Of a stretch of DNA of 64,000 nt, positions 55,376-63,883 are shown piece after piece. Source of the stretch: Candidatus Uhrbacteria bacterium (GTDB taxonomy: Bacteria > Patescibacteriota > Patescibacteriia > UBA9934); NCBI GenBank assembly GCA_943359325.1, contig CALRHD010000001.1:6240-70239 (forward strand), read 5' to 3'. The notes under the pieces were generated by a model. The model saw only the letters and a list, made by a program, of their open reading frames with translations, was not told the origin of the DNA and did no database searches. The translations under genes and the position numbers were made by a program. Every line of letters begins with the position of its first letter. Within the stretch, counting starts at the first letter, position 1.

Positions 55376-56725
55376 ATGTATGTGGGTTATTTTATTTCTA
55401 TGCAAGCAATTATCAGTAAACTTTCTGACCTCGTTGGTCAAGCCGTGACGCTCAAGGGTTGGGCGTATAATTTTCGGAGTAGTGGAAAAATCTTTTTTCT
55501 CCAGTTGCGTGACGGAAGCGGTTTTGTGCAGGTGGTGTATAGCGCAGCGGAAATTTCTGAAGAGCAGTGGGAAAGTTTGAATACGTTAACGATTGAGTCA
55601 TCGGTCGAAGTGACGGGAGTAGTGAAAGCGGAGCCGCGTGCGCCGAGTGGGTTCGAACTCACAGGCACGGGGTTTGGCATGATCCAACGTACGGAAGAAG
55701 AATATCCCATTGGGAAAAAAGAGCATGGGCCGGAATTTTTGTTCGACAATCGTGATCTTGCGCTTCGCACGAAAACGACGTGGGCGGTACTCCGTATTCG
55801 CGACCGTGTATTCTACTCAATTGAACAATTTTTTCACGAAGAAGGGTTTGTCCGTTTTGATACGCCGATTTTGCAGCCAACAAGTTGCGAAGATACGACG
55901 CAATTGTTTACTGTCGATTACTACGGCGACCCGATGTATTTGTCGCAGTCGGGTCAGCTGTATAGTGAAGCGGGGATTATGACGTTTGGAAAGGTGTATG
56001 ACTTTGGGCCCGTGTTTCGCGCAGAAAAAAGCAAGACACGCCACCATTTGTCGGAGTTATGGATGATGGACGCGGAAATGGCGTTCCACGATCAGGCGAT
56101 GAACATGGACGTACAAGAGCGCATGGTAAAACGCATAGTGAAGGATGTCCTTGACCACTGTGCACAAGAGCTGAAAATTTTAGAGCGCGACACGACAGTT
56201 TTGCAGCGTCTTGTCGACGAACCGTTCGTGCACCTCACACACGCTGAAGCAAAGCGTATCCTCAAGGAGGAGGGGTTGGTGACGGGCGAAGGAACGCAGG
56301 ACGACACGTATTGGCAAGACGATATGTCGACAGAAGAAGAAATCGCATTGGGGAACAAATATAAACTTCCCGTGTTTATTGAAAATTATCCTGCGGAAAT
56401 AAAGTCATTCTACATGAAGCGATTCACGGATGAACAGGGCATTGTTCGTGCGCGATGTGCAGATCTTATTGCGCCGGAGGAGGGGCGAGAGATAATTGGG
56501 GGGAGTCAGCGTGAAGAAAGTTATGAGGAGCTGAAAAAAGAAATTATTGATCGTAATTATCCGCTTGCTGAGTATGAGTGGTACTTGAACACGCGGAAGT
56601 TTGGAAGCGTGCCGCATAGCGGATTCGGTATTGGCCTCGAGCGTACCGTTCGGTGGATTTCAGGCGTGCACCACATTCGTGAGACAATAGCGTTTCCGAG
56701 GATGTTAAATCGCATGAAGCCATAA
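55376..56725 (+). CDS. asnS: asparaginyl-tRNA synthetase
   Basis: Class IIb aaRS with an OB anticodon domain, FRAEKS motif 2, and an AsnRS-type C-terminus ...IIGGSQREE...GSVPHSGFGIGLERTVRWISGVHHIRETIAFPR. Confidence 0.88.
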   Translation: MYVGYFISMQAIISKLSDLVGQAVTLKGWAYNFRSSGKIFFLQLRDGSGFVQVVYSAAEISEEQWESLNTLTIESSVEVTGVVKAEPRAPSGFELTGTGFGMIQRTEEEYPIGKKEHGPEFLFDNRDLALRTKTTWAVLRIRDRVFYSIEQFFHEEGFVRFDTPILQPTSCEDTTQLFTVDYYGDPMYLSQSGQLYSEAGIMTFGKVYDFGPVFRAEKSKTRHHLSELWMMDAEMAFHDQAMNMDVQERMVKRIVKDVLDHCAQELKILERDTTVLQRLVDEPFVHLTHAEAKRILKEEGLVTGEGTQDDTYWQDDMSTEEEIALGNKYKLPVFIENYPAEIKSFYMKRFTDEQGIVRARCADLIAPEEGREIIGGSQREESYEELKKEIIDRNYPLAEYEWYLNTRKFGSVPHSGFGIGLERTVRWISGVHHIRETIAFPRMLNRMKP

Positions 56726-56733
56726 TCCTTTGC

Positions 56734-56797
56734 TGTCATCCTCGCGAATGCGGGGATCCATAAGTGGCTCTGGATTCCCACTTTCGTGGGAATGACA
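56734..56797 (+). repeat. two-hairpin intergenic element, copy 2
   Basis: TGTCA-TCCTCGCG-AAT-GCGGGGAT-CCA...ATTCCCAC-TTTC-GTGGGAAT-GACA. It is paralogous to 17694-17760. Confidence 0.7.
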
Positions 56798-56812
56798 GGA
56801 TTCTCGAAGCAT

Positions 56813-58126
56813 ATGAAAAACAGAATTCTTGTAAAAGATCTTGCGGGCAAATTGGGAGAGAGTGTTGTGATTGCCGGATGGCTCAACACGCTGCGTGACA
56901 TGAAAAACTTTGGGTTTGCGATTGTGCGCGACCGAACAGGTTTGGCGCAGGTTGTTGTTGACGTGGCACAGCTTGAGCAGCTGAAGGGTTTACAACTGGA
57001 GACGGTCGTCAAGGTGACGGGCGTGATTAAAGAAAAAAAGTCGAAGGATCCAAGCATAAAAGAAGTTGAGATGCAGGCGGAGACGCTGGAAATTTTGTCT
57101 CCTGTTGTTGACGTTGTGCCTGTCGAAATTAGCAAGCCAGAGCTCGATGTACAGCTCGACACACTGATCGACAATCGCGTGATTACGCTTCGTCACCCAA
57201 AGCAGCGCGCGATTTTTCGTGTACAAGCGGCGCTTGTGCACGGTTATCGGCAGTATATGGAGGCGCAGGGGTTCACGGAAATTTTCTTTCCGATTTTGGC
57301 GGGAGCGGCAAGTGAAGGCGGGGCAGAATTTTTTAAGGTCGACTACTACGGTCGTGAGGCAACGTTGTCGCAGTCTGCACAATTGTATAAACAAATTACG
57401 ATGGGCGTCTACGAAGGCGTATACGGATTGTCATATTCGTTCCGTGCGGAAAAATTTGCAACATCGCGTCATCTTACTGAATTTAATCAGTTTGAATTTG
57501 AGTTGGGGTTTGTCGACGACATGGATGAAGTCATGCAGCATGCCGAGGACTCTATTCGTGCAATGATGGCAACGGTTGAACGGGGCTGTGCCGATGAACT
57601 CGCATTGCTCAATGTGACACTGCCGCCGCTTGGCGAAAAGTTCCCGCGTATTACGCTTAAGGCGGCGCTTGAGGCGTATCGCGACGAAGGCGGTGTCGAT
57701 GAAACGAGTGAGCCAGATTTGTCGCCGGCAGGGGAGCGCTGGCTCTCGACGGTGTGGGCGCCAAAACATTTTGGCAGCGGTTTTGTATTTGTGACCGACT
57801 ACCCAACGGTAAAACGTCCATTTTACGCGAAGCGGGACCCGAACGACCAGTCGAATACGATTACGTTCGACTTGATTGGTTTTGGTAGCGAGATTATCAG
57901 CGGTGGCATGCGCATAAACCGTTACGACGAACAGGTGCAGGCGCTGAAAGAAAAGGGGCTAAACCCTGCAGACTTCGAGGATTACCTCACCATGCACAAA
58001 TTTGGCATTCCGCCCGAGGGTGGTTTTGGCATGGGGCTCCAACGCCTCACGCAAAATGTTCTCGGCCTCGCAAACATCAAAGAGGCAACTATCTTCCCGC
58101 GTGACGTGCAGAGGTTGAGGCCGTAG
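56813..58126 (+). CDS. aspS: aspartyl-tRNA synthetase, archaeal/eukaryal-type (type 2)
   Basis: Class IIb aaRS with a C-terminal ...GGMRINRYDEQVQALKEKGLNPADFEDYL...GIPPEGGFGMGLQRL...FPRDVQRL. The ATG start at 56813 is preferred over the track GTG at 56786, which lies inside the repeat. Confidence 0.88.
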   Translation: MKNRILVKDLAGKLGESVVIAGWLNTLRDMKNFGFAIVRDRTGLAQVVVDVAQLEQLKGLQLETVVKVTGVIKEKKSKDPSIKEVEMQAETLEILSPVVDVVPVEISKPELDVQLDTLIDNRVITLRHPKQRAIFRVQAALVHGYRQYMEAQGFTEIFFPILAGAASEGGAEFFKVDYYGREATLSQSAQLYKQITMGVYEGVYGLSYSFRAEKFATSRHLTEFNQFEFELGFVDDMDEVMQHAEDSIRAMMATVERGCADELALLNVTLPPLGEKFPRITLKAALEAYRDEGGVDETSEPDLSPAGERWLSTVWAPKHFGSGFVFVTDYPTVKRPFYAKRDPNDQSNTITFDLIGFGSEIISGGMRINRYDEQVQALKEKGLNPADFEDYLTMHKFGIPPEGGFGMGLQRLTQNVLGLANIKEATIFPRDVQRLRP

Positions 58127-58155
58127 TCCAAAACGCCAAAAAAGCTATTTTTGAC

Positions 58156-58362
58156 ATGGCCAAAGAAACATGTGAAGATATTTATGAGGTGCTCATGTTT
58201 CGTCTTTATACTTTTTTGTATTGGCGTATTCCGATGAAATTGGCGTCGCGTAAGGGCTACTCGAACATGGAACTCGGTATCGTGGTTGGTGGAGTTGCAG
58301 CCGTTGCGCTCGCGATCGCTATGCTGTACTCCATTGCGCACTTCATTGCGAAATTCTGGTAG
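58156..58362 (+). CDS. tiny membrane protein (doubtful)
   Basis: A single C-terminal TM helix, GIVVGGVAAVALAIAMLYSI. Confidence 0.2.
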   Translation: MAKETCEDIYEVLMFRLYTFLYWRIPMKLASRKGYSNMELGIVVGGVAAVALAIAMLYSIAHFIAKFW

Positions 58363-58380
58363 TCGTCCCGTTTCGTTACG

Positions 58381-58420
58381 TGCCGCTCCTCCATGGGGCG
58401 GCATCTTATTTTTTTTGGTT
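58381..58420 (+). terminator. intrinsic terminator
   Basis: TGCCGC-TCCTCCATGGG-GCGGCA hairpin followed by TCTTATTTTTTTTGGTTTT. Confidence 0.55.
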
Positions 58421-58431
58421 TTGCACAGTTT

Positions 58432-58466
58432 GTCCACACTAAGCACTGACAGTGCTTAGTGTGGAC
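58432..58466. repeat. palindrome family copy D (17-bp perfect arms)
   Basis: GTCCACACTAAGCACTG-A-CAGTGCTTAGTGTGGAC. It lies 33 bp upstream of the scpA start. Confidence 0.8.
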
Positions 58467-58498
58467 GTAGCGTCACTATTTGCTACAATACCACTGTT

Positions 58499-59197
58499 AT
58501 GCAATTTGCGGTCACGCAGGAGGCGTTTACTGGGCCGCTGGGGCTTCTTTTAGAGGTTTTGGAGAAAAGGGAACTCGACATCACCACCGTGTCGCTTGCG
58601 GCTGTGGCGGACGAGTTTTTGGTTCGCATAGCGGAGCAAGAAGTGCCGCCAGAGGAGTTGGCCGACTTTTTGCTTGTCGCGAGCAGGTTGATTTACATGA
58701 AAAGTCGAGAGCTCATGCCGTATTTGCGGTTGGACGACGAAGAAGAGGGCGCGAATGCGCTCACCGAACAGCTGCGTATTTACAAAGAATTTGTTGCAGC
58801 AGCGGAACGTCTTGAGGCACGATTTATGCAGAGTATCCTCTACGTTCGCCCTTCGATTCGGCGGAGTCGTGCGCCCACGTTTCTCCCGCCCGCCAATGTA
58901 CTTGCCTCGACGCTTGCCGATGTGTATCGGACGGTACTCAAACGCCTCGAACCGTTTTTTGCGCTGCAACATGTTTCAATGGAGCGCGTAAAGTCGATAG
59001 AAGAGCGAATTCTCGAATTGCAGGGCGCCATTGCGTCGCGTGCGCAAATGAGTTTCGGCGACGCGGTGCGTGGCGCAACGAAGAAGGTCGACGTGGTGAT
59101 GAGTTTTCTTGCACTTCTCGAACTGTTACGCCGCAACATTGTTCGCGTCACACAACAGGCGGCGTGGGGAGAGATTATGATTCATCGGGTTGATTGA
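58499..59197 (+). CDS. scpA: segregation and condensation protein A
   Basis: 232 aa. The N-terminus FTGPLGLLLEVLEKRELDITTVSLAAVADEF is typical of ScpA. Confidence 0.85.
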   Translation: MQFAVTQEAFTGPLGLLLEVLEKRELDITTVSLAAVADEFLVRIAEQEVPPEELADFLLVASRLIYMKSRELMPYLRLDDEEEGANALTEQLRIYKEFVAAAERLEARFMQSILYVRPSIRRSRAPTFLPPANVLASTLADVYRTVLKRLEPFFALQHVSMERVKSIEERILELQGAIASRAQMSFGDAVRGATKKVDVVMSFLALLELLRRNIVRVTQQAAWGEIMIHRVD

Positions 59198-59738
59198 TAT
59201 GGAGCTGTTAAAAGCGAAAATTGAAGCGGTGCTCTTTGTTGCAACAAAGCCATTGTCGGTGAAGGGTCTTGCGCGTGCCGTTGATGGAAGCGAGACCGAT
59301 GTGCGTACGCTGCTCGATACGATGATTGTCGAGCGAAACGTCGACGAAAACGGTGTGCACATTTTGCAACATGGTGATGACGTACAATTTGTGACTAATC
59401 CGCATTGTGCGGCGATTGTTGCGGCATTCACCGACGATGACATGGACGCCGAACTCACAAAGCCGTCGGTCGAGGCGCTCACGATCGTTGCGTATCGTGG
59501 TCCTCTCACAAAAGCAGAAATCGAAGCGATTCGCGGAGTAAATTGTTCGCTCATTATTCGTAATTTGCTCTTGCGTGGGCTTGTCGTTGAGCGCGAAGAT
59601 GCAATAAAAATGCAGCCTGTCCTTTCGCTTTCGGCCGATGCATTATGTTACTTTGGCGTTCATCGCGTCGAAGAATTGCCCGACTACGACACGCTGCACA
59701 CGAATGCAAAAATCGACCAACTTCTCGCCGCACTATGA
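59190..59738 (+). CDS. scpB: segregation and condensation protein B
   Basis: 182 aa. Tandem winged-helix pattern LEAVLFVATKPLSVKGLA.... Confidence 0.85.
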   Translation: MIDMELLKAKIEAVLFVATKPLSVKGLARAVDGSETDVRTLLDTMIVERNVDENGVHILQHGDDVQFVTNPHCAAIVAAFTDDDMDAELTKPSVEALTIVAYRGPLTKAEIEAIRGVNCSLIIRNLLLRGLVVEREDAIKMQPVLSLSADALCYFGVHRVEELPDYDTLHTNAKIDQLLAAL

Positions 59739-60694
59739 TTGCTGAATTATTGAGTCATCTTTTATTGACGACAAGTGTGCTGCGTATTGTCCCTGTCGAC
59801 GCTGCGTCGCTCGAATGGGCCGCAGGTATTGGCGAACCATCAACACTATTCGCGATACCACCACGAAATCATTTTGCATCATTACCGCGTGCTGCGGATA
59901 GAATTGTTGCGCCGAAAAAAGTCGATCTTGATTCGTACGGGATCGTGACGAATGCAAAGAGTGCGATTGTTGTTGACGCAACAAGTGGCGCCGTGCTTTT
60001 TAGCAAACGTCCTGACGACCCACGAGCAATCGGTAGCATTGCCAAATTGATGGCAGTCTATACGTTTTTAGCAGCAGATCCCGTCCTGAACACGAAAGTC
60101 ACCATCATTGCTGATGATTATGTAGGCGGTGGTCGGGTTTATGTACGTTTTGACGACCCGATTTACTTGTATGATGTGCTGAAGGCAGCGCTCGTCGGTT
60201 CCGACAACACGGCAACAAAATCACTTGCACGACTTTCTGGCGTGAGTGACGATGAATTTGTTGTGAAGATGAACGAGAATGCTGTCGCGCTTGGTATGAC
60301 GTCATCGTACTTCGCCGATCTGACAGGTGTTGATGTACACAGCGTGTCGACAGCGCGAGATTTGACGAAGATGCTTGCAGCGGCAGAGTCGAACCCGACG
60401 ATGGCAGGTATTATGCCAATGAGCAGTGTGACGATTGCACAGGCAAGCGGTTATGGTGTCACCATAGATGCAACAAACGAATTGCTACAAAGTTATTTGA
60501 ACAGCAATACGTATCACATTGTCGCGGGGAAGACGGGGTTTATTCCGCAAGCGGGATATTGTTTAGCGACAGCTGTGGAGCACGATGGGCACCGCATTCG
60601 CGTGGTGGTGCTGGGGAGCGATACGAGTAACGAGCGGTTTGTCGACGCAAAAGGGCTGGCAGGGTGGGCGTATAAAACATTTTCGTGGAAATAA
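59735..60694 (+). CDS. D-alanyl-D-alanine carboxypeptidase (S11, PBP5/6-like)
   Basis: Active-site SIAKLM (SxxK) and SDN (VGSDNTATK) motifs plus a signal peptide. The start overlaps the scpB stop by ATGA. The track ORF begins earlier, at 59645. Confidence 0.8.
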   Translation: MIAELLSHLLLTTSVLRIVPVDAASLEWAAGIGEPSTLFAIPPRNHFASLPRAADRIVAPKKVDLDSYGIVTNAKSAIVVDATSGAVLFSKRPDDPRAIGSIAKLMAVYTFLAADPVLNTKVTIIADDYVGGGRVYVRFDDPIYLYDVLKAALVGSDNTATKSLARLSGVSDDEFVVKMNENAVALGMTSSYFADLTGVDVHSVSTARDLTKMLAAAESNPTMAGIMPMSSVTIAQASGYGVTIDATNELLQSYLNSNTYHIVAGKTGFIPQAGYCLATAVEHDGHRIRVVVLGSDTSNERFVDAKGLAGWAYKTFSWK

Positions 60695-60705
60695 TAGTGT
60701 GAGAT

Positions 60706-61200
60706 ATGCATGAAATAATTATTGCATTTTTTGAAAGTTGGCCAACACCGCTTGCGACGCTCGTGCTTTCTGCAATGCCGATTGTCGAACTCCGTTTGGC
60801 GATTCCGTATGCCATGCATGTATGGAGCATGACGCCAGGGGAGGCCTTCGGGTTGGGCGTGCTTGGCGCAATGCTGCCACTCTTTCCGCTTTATTTTGGA
60901 CTCATTCGACTCCGCGAGTGGCTCTCTCGCGTTGCGCCGAAATTGACTGCGCCAATCGACCGTTTACTTGACCATGGGAAGAATCGCCTCGAACGTCAAT
61001 ATTTGCGGTACGGCGCGTTCGCGCTCTTTCTCCTCGCCGCAATCCCACTGCCACTTGCGGGCGTTTGGACGTCTGCCCTTGCCGCTGCGGCACTCCGCAT
61101 TCCCAAACGCGAAGCATTTTGGAGTATTTTTCTCGGCACCCTTGTTGCAGGTGGGATCGTCACTGCGCTTTCGCTCACTGCAGACGTGGTGTTGCAGTAG
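60706..61200 (+). CDS. small 4-TM membrane protein (putative small multidrug-export/COG2426-like)
   Basis: 164 aa with four hydrophobic helices. The family assignment is tentative. Confidence 0.4.
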   Translation: MHEIIIAFFESWPTPLATLVLSAMPIVELRLAIPYAMHVWSMTPGEAFGLGVLGAMLPLFPLYFGLIRLREWLSRVAPKLTAPIDRLLDHGKNRLERQYLRYGAFALFLLAAIPLPLAGVWTSALAAAALRIPKREAFWSIFLGTLVAGGIVTALSLTADVVLQ

Positions 61201-61203
61201 CCT

Positions 61204-61389
61204 TTAGATTTCCTGGATTCCGAGATCGCGACAGATTTTCTTTACGAGAAAATCGTTAATTTCGTTATGACGTGGTACCGACGACACTCGTCCGAGTGCT
61301 TCATGCAAAAACACGCTGTGTCTTGCACCTTCGCGCAGGAGTACACAGCCGTGTTTTCGAAGATAGTGAATGAGGTCGTGTCGCTTCAC
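61204..61389 (-). CDS. hicA: HicA-family toxin (second copy)
   Basis: MKRHDLIHYLRKHGCVLLREGARHSVFLHEALGRVSSVPRHNEINDFLVKKICRDLGI is a clear YcfA/HicA match. Confidence 0.78.
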   Translation of the reverse strand: MKRHDLIHYLRKHGCVLLREGARHSVFLHEALGRVSSVPRHNEINDFLVKKICRDLGIQEI

Positions 61390-61601
61390 ACGCGTACACG
61401 AATTTTTTCGCGGATCGCCCTTCCTCGCGGACGGGCACGCTCGGAGAGCATGCGATTTGCTACAAGCACCATTGCAAGTGCATCCCTGAGATTTGCTTTT
61501 GCTTCTGCAAGTGTGTCTCCTTGGGTGTTGACCCCTGAAACTTCCTCGATCCAGCCGAGGTAGTGGTTCCCGTGTTTTTGATAGACGGCGGTGAAGGACA
61601 T
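61386..61601 (-). CDS. hicB: HicB-family antitoxin (second copy)
   Basis: 71 aa. ...YLGWIEEVSGVNTQGDTLAEAKANLRDALAMVL matches the HicB N-terminal domain. It overlaps the hicA start by 4 nt. Confidence 0.7.
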   Translation of the reverse strand: MSFTAVYQKHGNHYLGWIEEVSGVNTQGDTLAEAKANLRDALAMVLVANRMLSERARPRGRAIREKIRVRV

Positions 61602-61669
61602 ATAGTGATTACTATAACGTATTATAATCCGAAATACAAAAAATCCCCGTCAAAAGACGAAGGATTTTT

Positions 61670-61746
61670 TGGTTGCAGGGGCTGGATTTGAACCAGCGAC
61701 CTTCGGGTTATGAGCCCGACGAGCTGCCAGGCTGCTCTACCCTGCG
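61670..61746 (-). tRNA. initiator tRNA-fMet (anticodon CAT)
   Basis: The reverse complement reads CGCAGGG-TA-GAGCAGCCTGGCAGCTC-G-TCGGG-CTCATAA-CCCGA-AGGTC-GCTGGTTCAAATCCAGC-CCCTGCA-A-CCA. It has a C1-A72 mismatch and three consecutive G-C pairs in the anticodon stem, both hallmarks of a bacterial initiator tRNA. Confidence 0.8.
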
Positions 61747-61812
61747 ACGAGGACTATGCCGTGTAATTGACTTTCTGTCAATCAAAAGAACCTCCAAATG
61801 AGGAGGTTCTTT

Positions 61813-61888
61813 TGGTGGCTAGGGCGGGGATCGAACCCGCGACAGCAGGCTTATGAGTCCTGTGCTCTACCAACTGAGCTACCCAGCC
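61813..61888 (-). tRNA. tRNA with CAT anticodon (elongator Met or Ile2-lysidine)
   Basis: The reverse complement reads GGCTGGG-TA-GCTCAGTTGGTAGAGC-A-CAGGA-CTCATAA-GCCTG...GCGGGTTCGATCCCCGC-CCTAGCC-A-CCA. Confidence 0.75.
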
Positions 61889-61895
61889 ATATATA

Positions 61896-61975
61896 AAACG
61901 TATCCAAGTTGACTTATGACGTTGTCGTCGCTCCGGTCCTCGCGTCTCCTCGTCCTAAGTCAACTTAATACGTTT
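61896..61975. repeat. imperfect ~25-bp inverted repeat upstream of the tRNA-CAT pair
   Basis: AAACGTATCCAAGTTGACTTATGACG ... CGTCCTAAGTCAACTTAATACGTTT. Confidence 0.4.
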
Positions 61976-62063
61976 TATTGGCAAAAAGTGAACATACTAT
62001 AACAAGGTCAACTTGATTTGACAAGGAACTTTTGTTACCATTCTTTCGCGTAACGCAACACAG

Positions 62064-62149
62064 GCCGTGGTGGCGGAATGGTATACGCGACGGACTCAAA
62101 ATCCGTTCCCCGCAAGGGGTTGAGGGTTCGAGTCCCTCCCGCGGCACCA
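62064..62149 (+). tRNA. tRNA-Leu (anticodon CAA)
   Basis: 86 nt. Anticodon stem-loop ACGGA-CTCAAAA-TCCGT, a long variable arm TCCCCGCAAGGGGTT, T-arm GAGGGTTCGAGTCCCTC. CCA is encoded. Confidence 0.85.
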
Positions 62150-62211
62150 AAAAGTCCTTCTTGAGCCTGTGGGCGACGGGGGATTTTTTGTTTGGTATAC
62201 TATTCCTGTCT

Positions 62212-62994
62212 ATGGCACATATTGTTTCGGTGGTGAATCAAAAGGGCGGAGTGGGGAAGACGACAACGTCAATGAATCTTGCGGCGTATCTTGCCCATTT
62301 TGGCAAATACGTCCTTCTTGTCGACCTTGATCCACAGGGCAATGCCACGAGTGGCTTCGGTCACGACGTCAACACATTGGCAGGAACATACGAAGCATTA
62401 GCAGGAACACAGCGCATGAAGGATTTATTTTTGAAGACTCCACACGACGGGCTGACGCTTTTACCTGGAACGCCCAATTTGGCGGGCGCAGCTGTTGAGC
62501 TTGTGAACGAATTTAACCGTGAGCGTAAACTACAGCAACTCCTTCTCGAAGTACGGAATGACTACGACTATATTATTATCGACAATCCACCGTCCTTGGG
62601 GTTGCTCACGATCAACGGACTCGTTGCAAGCGATAGCGTACTCATTCCTGTGCAAGCGGAGTACTATGCACTAGAAGGTATCGGTCAACTACTGAACACC
62701 GTCAACCTCATAAAACAAAACATCAAGCCCGAGCTTGAAATTATGGGTGCGGTGATCACGATGTTCGACACGAGAACAAATTTGAGTAATCAAGTGTTGC
62801 AAGAATTATATAAACATTTTCCTGGAAAGATTTTTCGTTCCGTGATTCCGCGGAGCATTCGATTAGCAGAAGCGCCGAGTTTTGGAAAGTCAATTCTGCA
62901 TTACGACCCTGAAAGTAAGGCAGCGAAAGCATACGAACGACTGGCACGAGAATTCTTGTTGCGCGAGGAAGCGCAGGTAAGCACCGCAGAATAA
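62212..62994 (+). CDS. parA: chromosome partitioning ATPase ParA/Soj
   Basis: 260 aa from the ATG at 62212 with the deviant Walker A NQKGGVGKTTT. The upstream part of the track ORF runs antisense through tRNA-Leu. Confidence 0.93.
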   Translation: MAHIVSVVNQKGGVGKTTTSMNLAAYLAHFGKYVLLVDLDPQGNATSGFGHDVNTLAGTYEALAGTQRMKDLFLKTPHDGLTLLPGTPNLAGAAVELVNEFNRERKLQQLLLEVRNDYDYIIIDNPPSLGLLTINGLVASDSVLIPVQAEYYALEGIGQLLNTVNLIKQNIKPELEIMGAVITMFDTRTNLSNQVLQELYKHFPGKIFRSVIPRSIRLAEAPSFGKSILHYDPESKAAKAYERLAREFLLREEAQVSTAE

Positions 62995-62995
62995 T

Positions 62996-63883
62996 ATGGC
63001 AAAGCCAATGGGAGGACTGGGGCGCGGGTTGGGGTCGTTGATCCCGACTTTGAAACCGCAAAGCGATCTCGTAGGGGTAGGCTTCATGCCTGACCTGCGT
63101 GACGACGCCGTAGACGGAAGTTTGCGTATTCAGGACGTCAGTCCGTCGAAGATTGTCGAAAATCCGTATCAGCCACGGCGATATTTTAGCCAGGAAGAAT
63201 TGGACGACTTGGCGGCGAGCATCAAAGAGCATGGCATTTTGCAACCGCTTGTGGTGACGGAGAAGGGCGATGGTACGTTCGAACTTATTGCCGGCGAACG
63301 TCGTCTGCGCGCATCGAAGCAAATAGGATTGTCGACGGTGCCTGTTATTGTGCGCGAAGCAGATAACAGGAAGAAGCTCGAATGGGCGCTTATCGAAAAC
63401 ATCCAGCGTCAGGACTTGAACGCTATCGAAGAAGCAATTGCATATAAACAACTTGTTGCCGACTTCGGGTTGACGCAAGATCAGGTTGCCGAGCGTGTGG
63501 GGAAAAGTCGTCCGCAAATTACGAACACGATTCGCTTGCTCGACCTACCGCAGGAAATGCGTGTCGCGCTGCAAGAAGGAAAAATTAGCAAGAGTCATGC
63601 ACGCACACTGCTTGCTGAAGTCAATGCCGACCGTCGTACAGAACTGTTTCAGCGTATACTCGAAGGCGGTTTTACTGTGAAGAGCGCCGAAGATACGGTG
63701 CGCACTACGTCGCAACGAGCGCGTGTGGTGAAAGATGCAAACATTGAAGAAATAGAGCGCACGTTGCGCGAAAAAATGGGCACGAAGGTAGAAATAAAAA
63801 TGAGCAGCACGGCGTCAGGAACTGTTGCTATTCATTTCTATAGCAAGGACGACTTGAAAGCGCTTATTTCTCACTTGACGTAA
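62996..63883 (+). CDS. parB: chromosome partitioning protein ParB/Spo0J
   Basis: ParB box (GERRLRAS), an HTH, and the N-terminal motif ...ENPYQPRR. Confidence 0.93.
   Translation: MAKPMGGLGRGLGSLIPTLKPQSDLVGVGFMPDLRDDAVDGSLRIQDVSPSKIVENPYQPRRYFSQEELDDLAASIKEHGILQPLVVTEKGDGTFELIAGERRLRASKQIGLSTVPVIVREADNRKKLEWALIENIQRQDLNAIEEAIAYKQLVADFGLTQDQVAERVGKSRPQITNTIRLLDLPQEMRVALQEGKISKSHARTLLAEVNADRRTELFQRILEGGFTVKSAEDTVRTTSQRARVVKDANIEEIERTLREKMGTKVEIKMSSTASGTVAIHFYSKDDLKALISHLT

Noticed and set aside
61965-62150. ORF 'MVPREGLEPSTPCGERILSP...'
   Set aside because: This is an antisense translation of tRNA-Leu (62064-62149), a well-known tRNA-derived pseudo-ORF.
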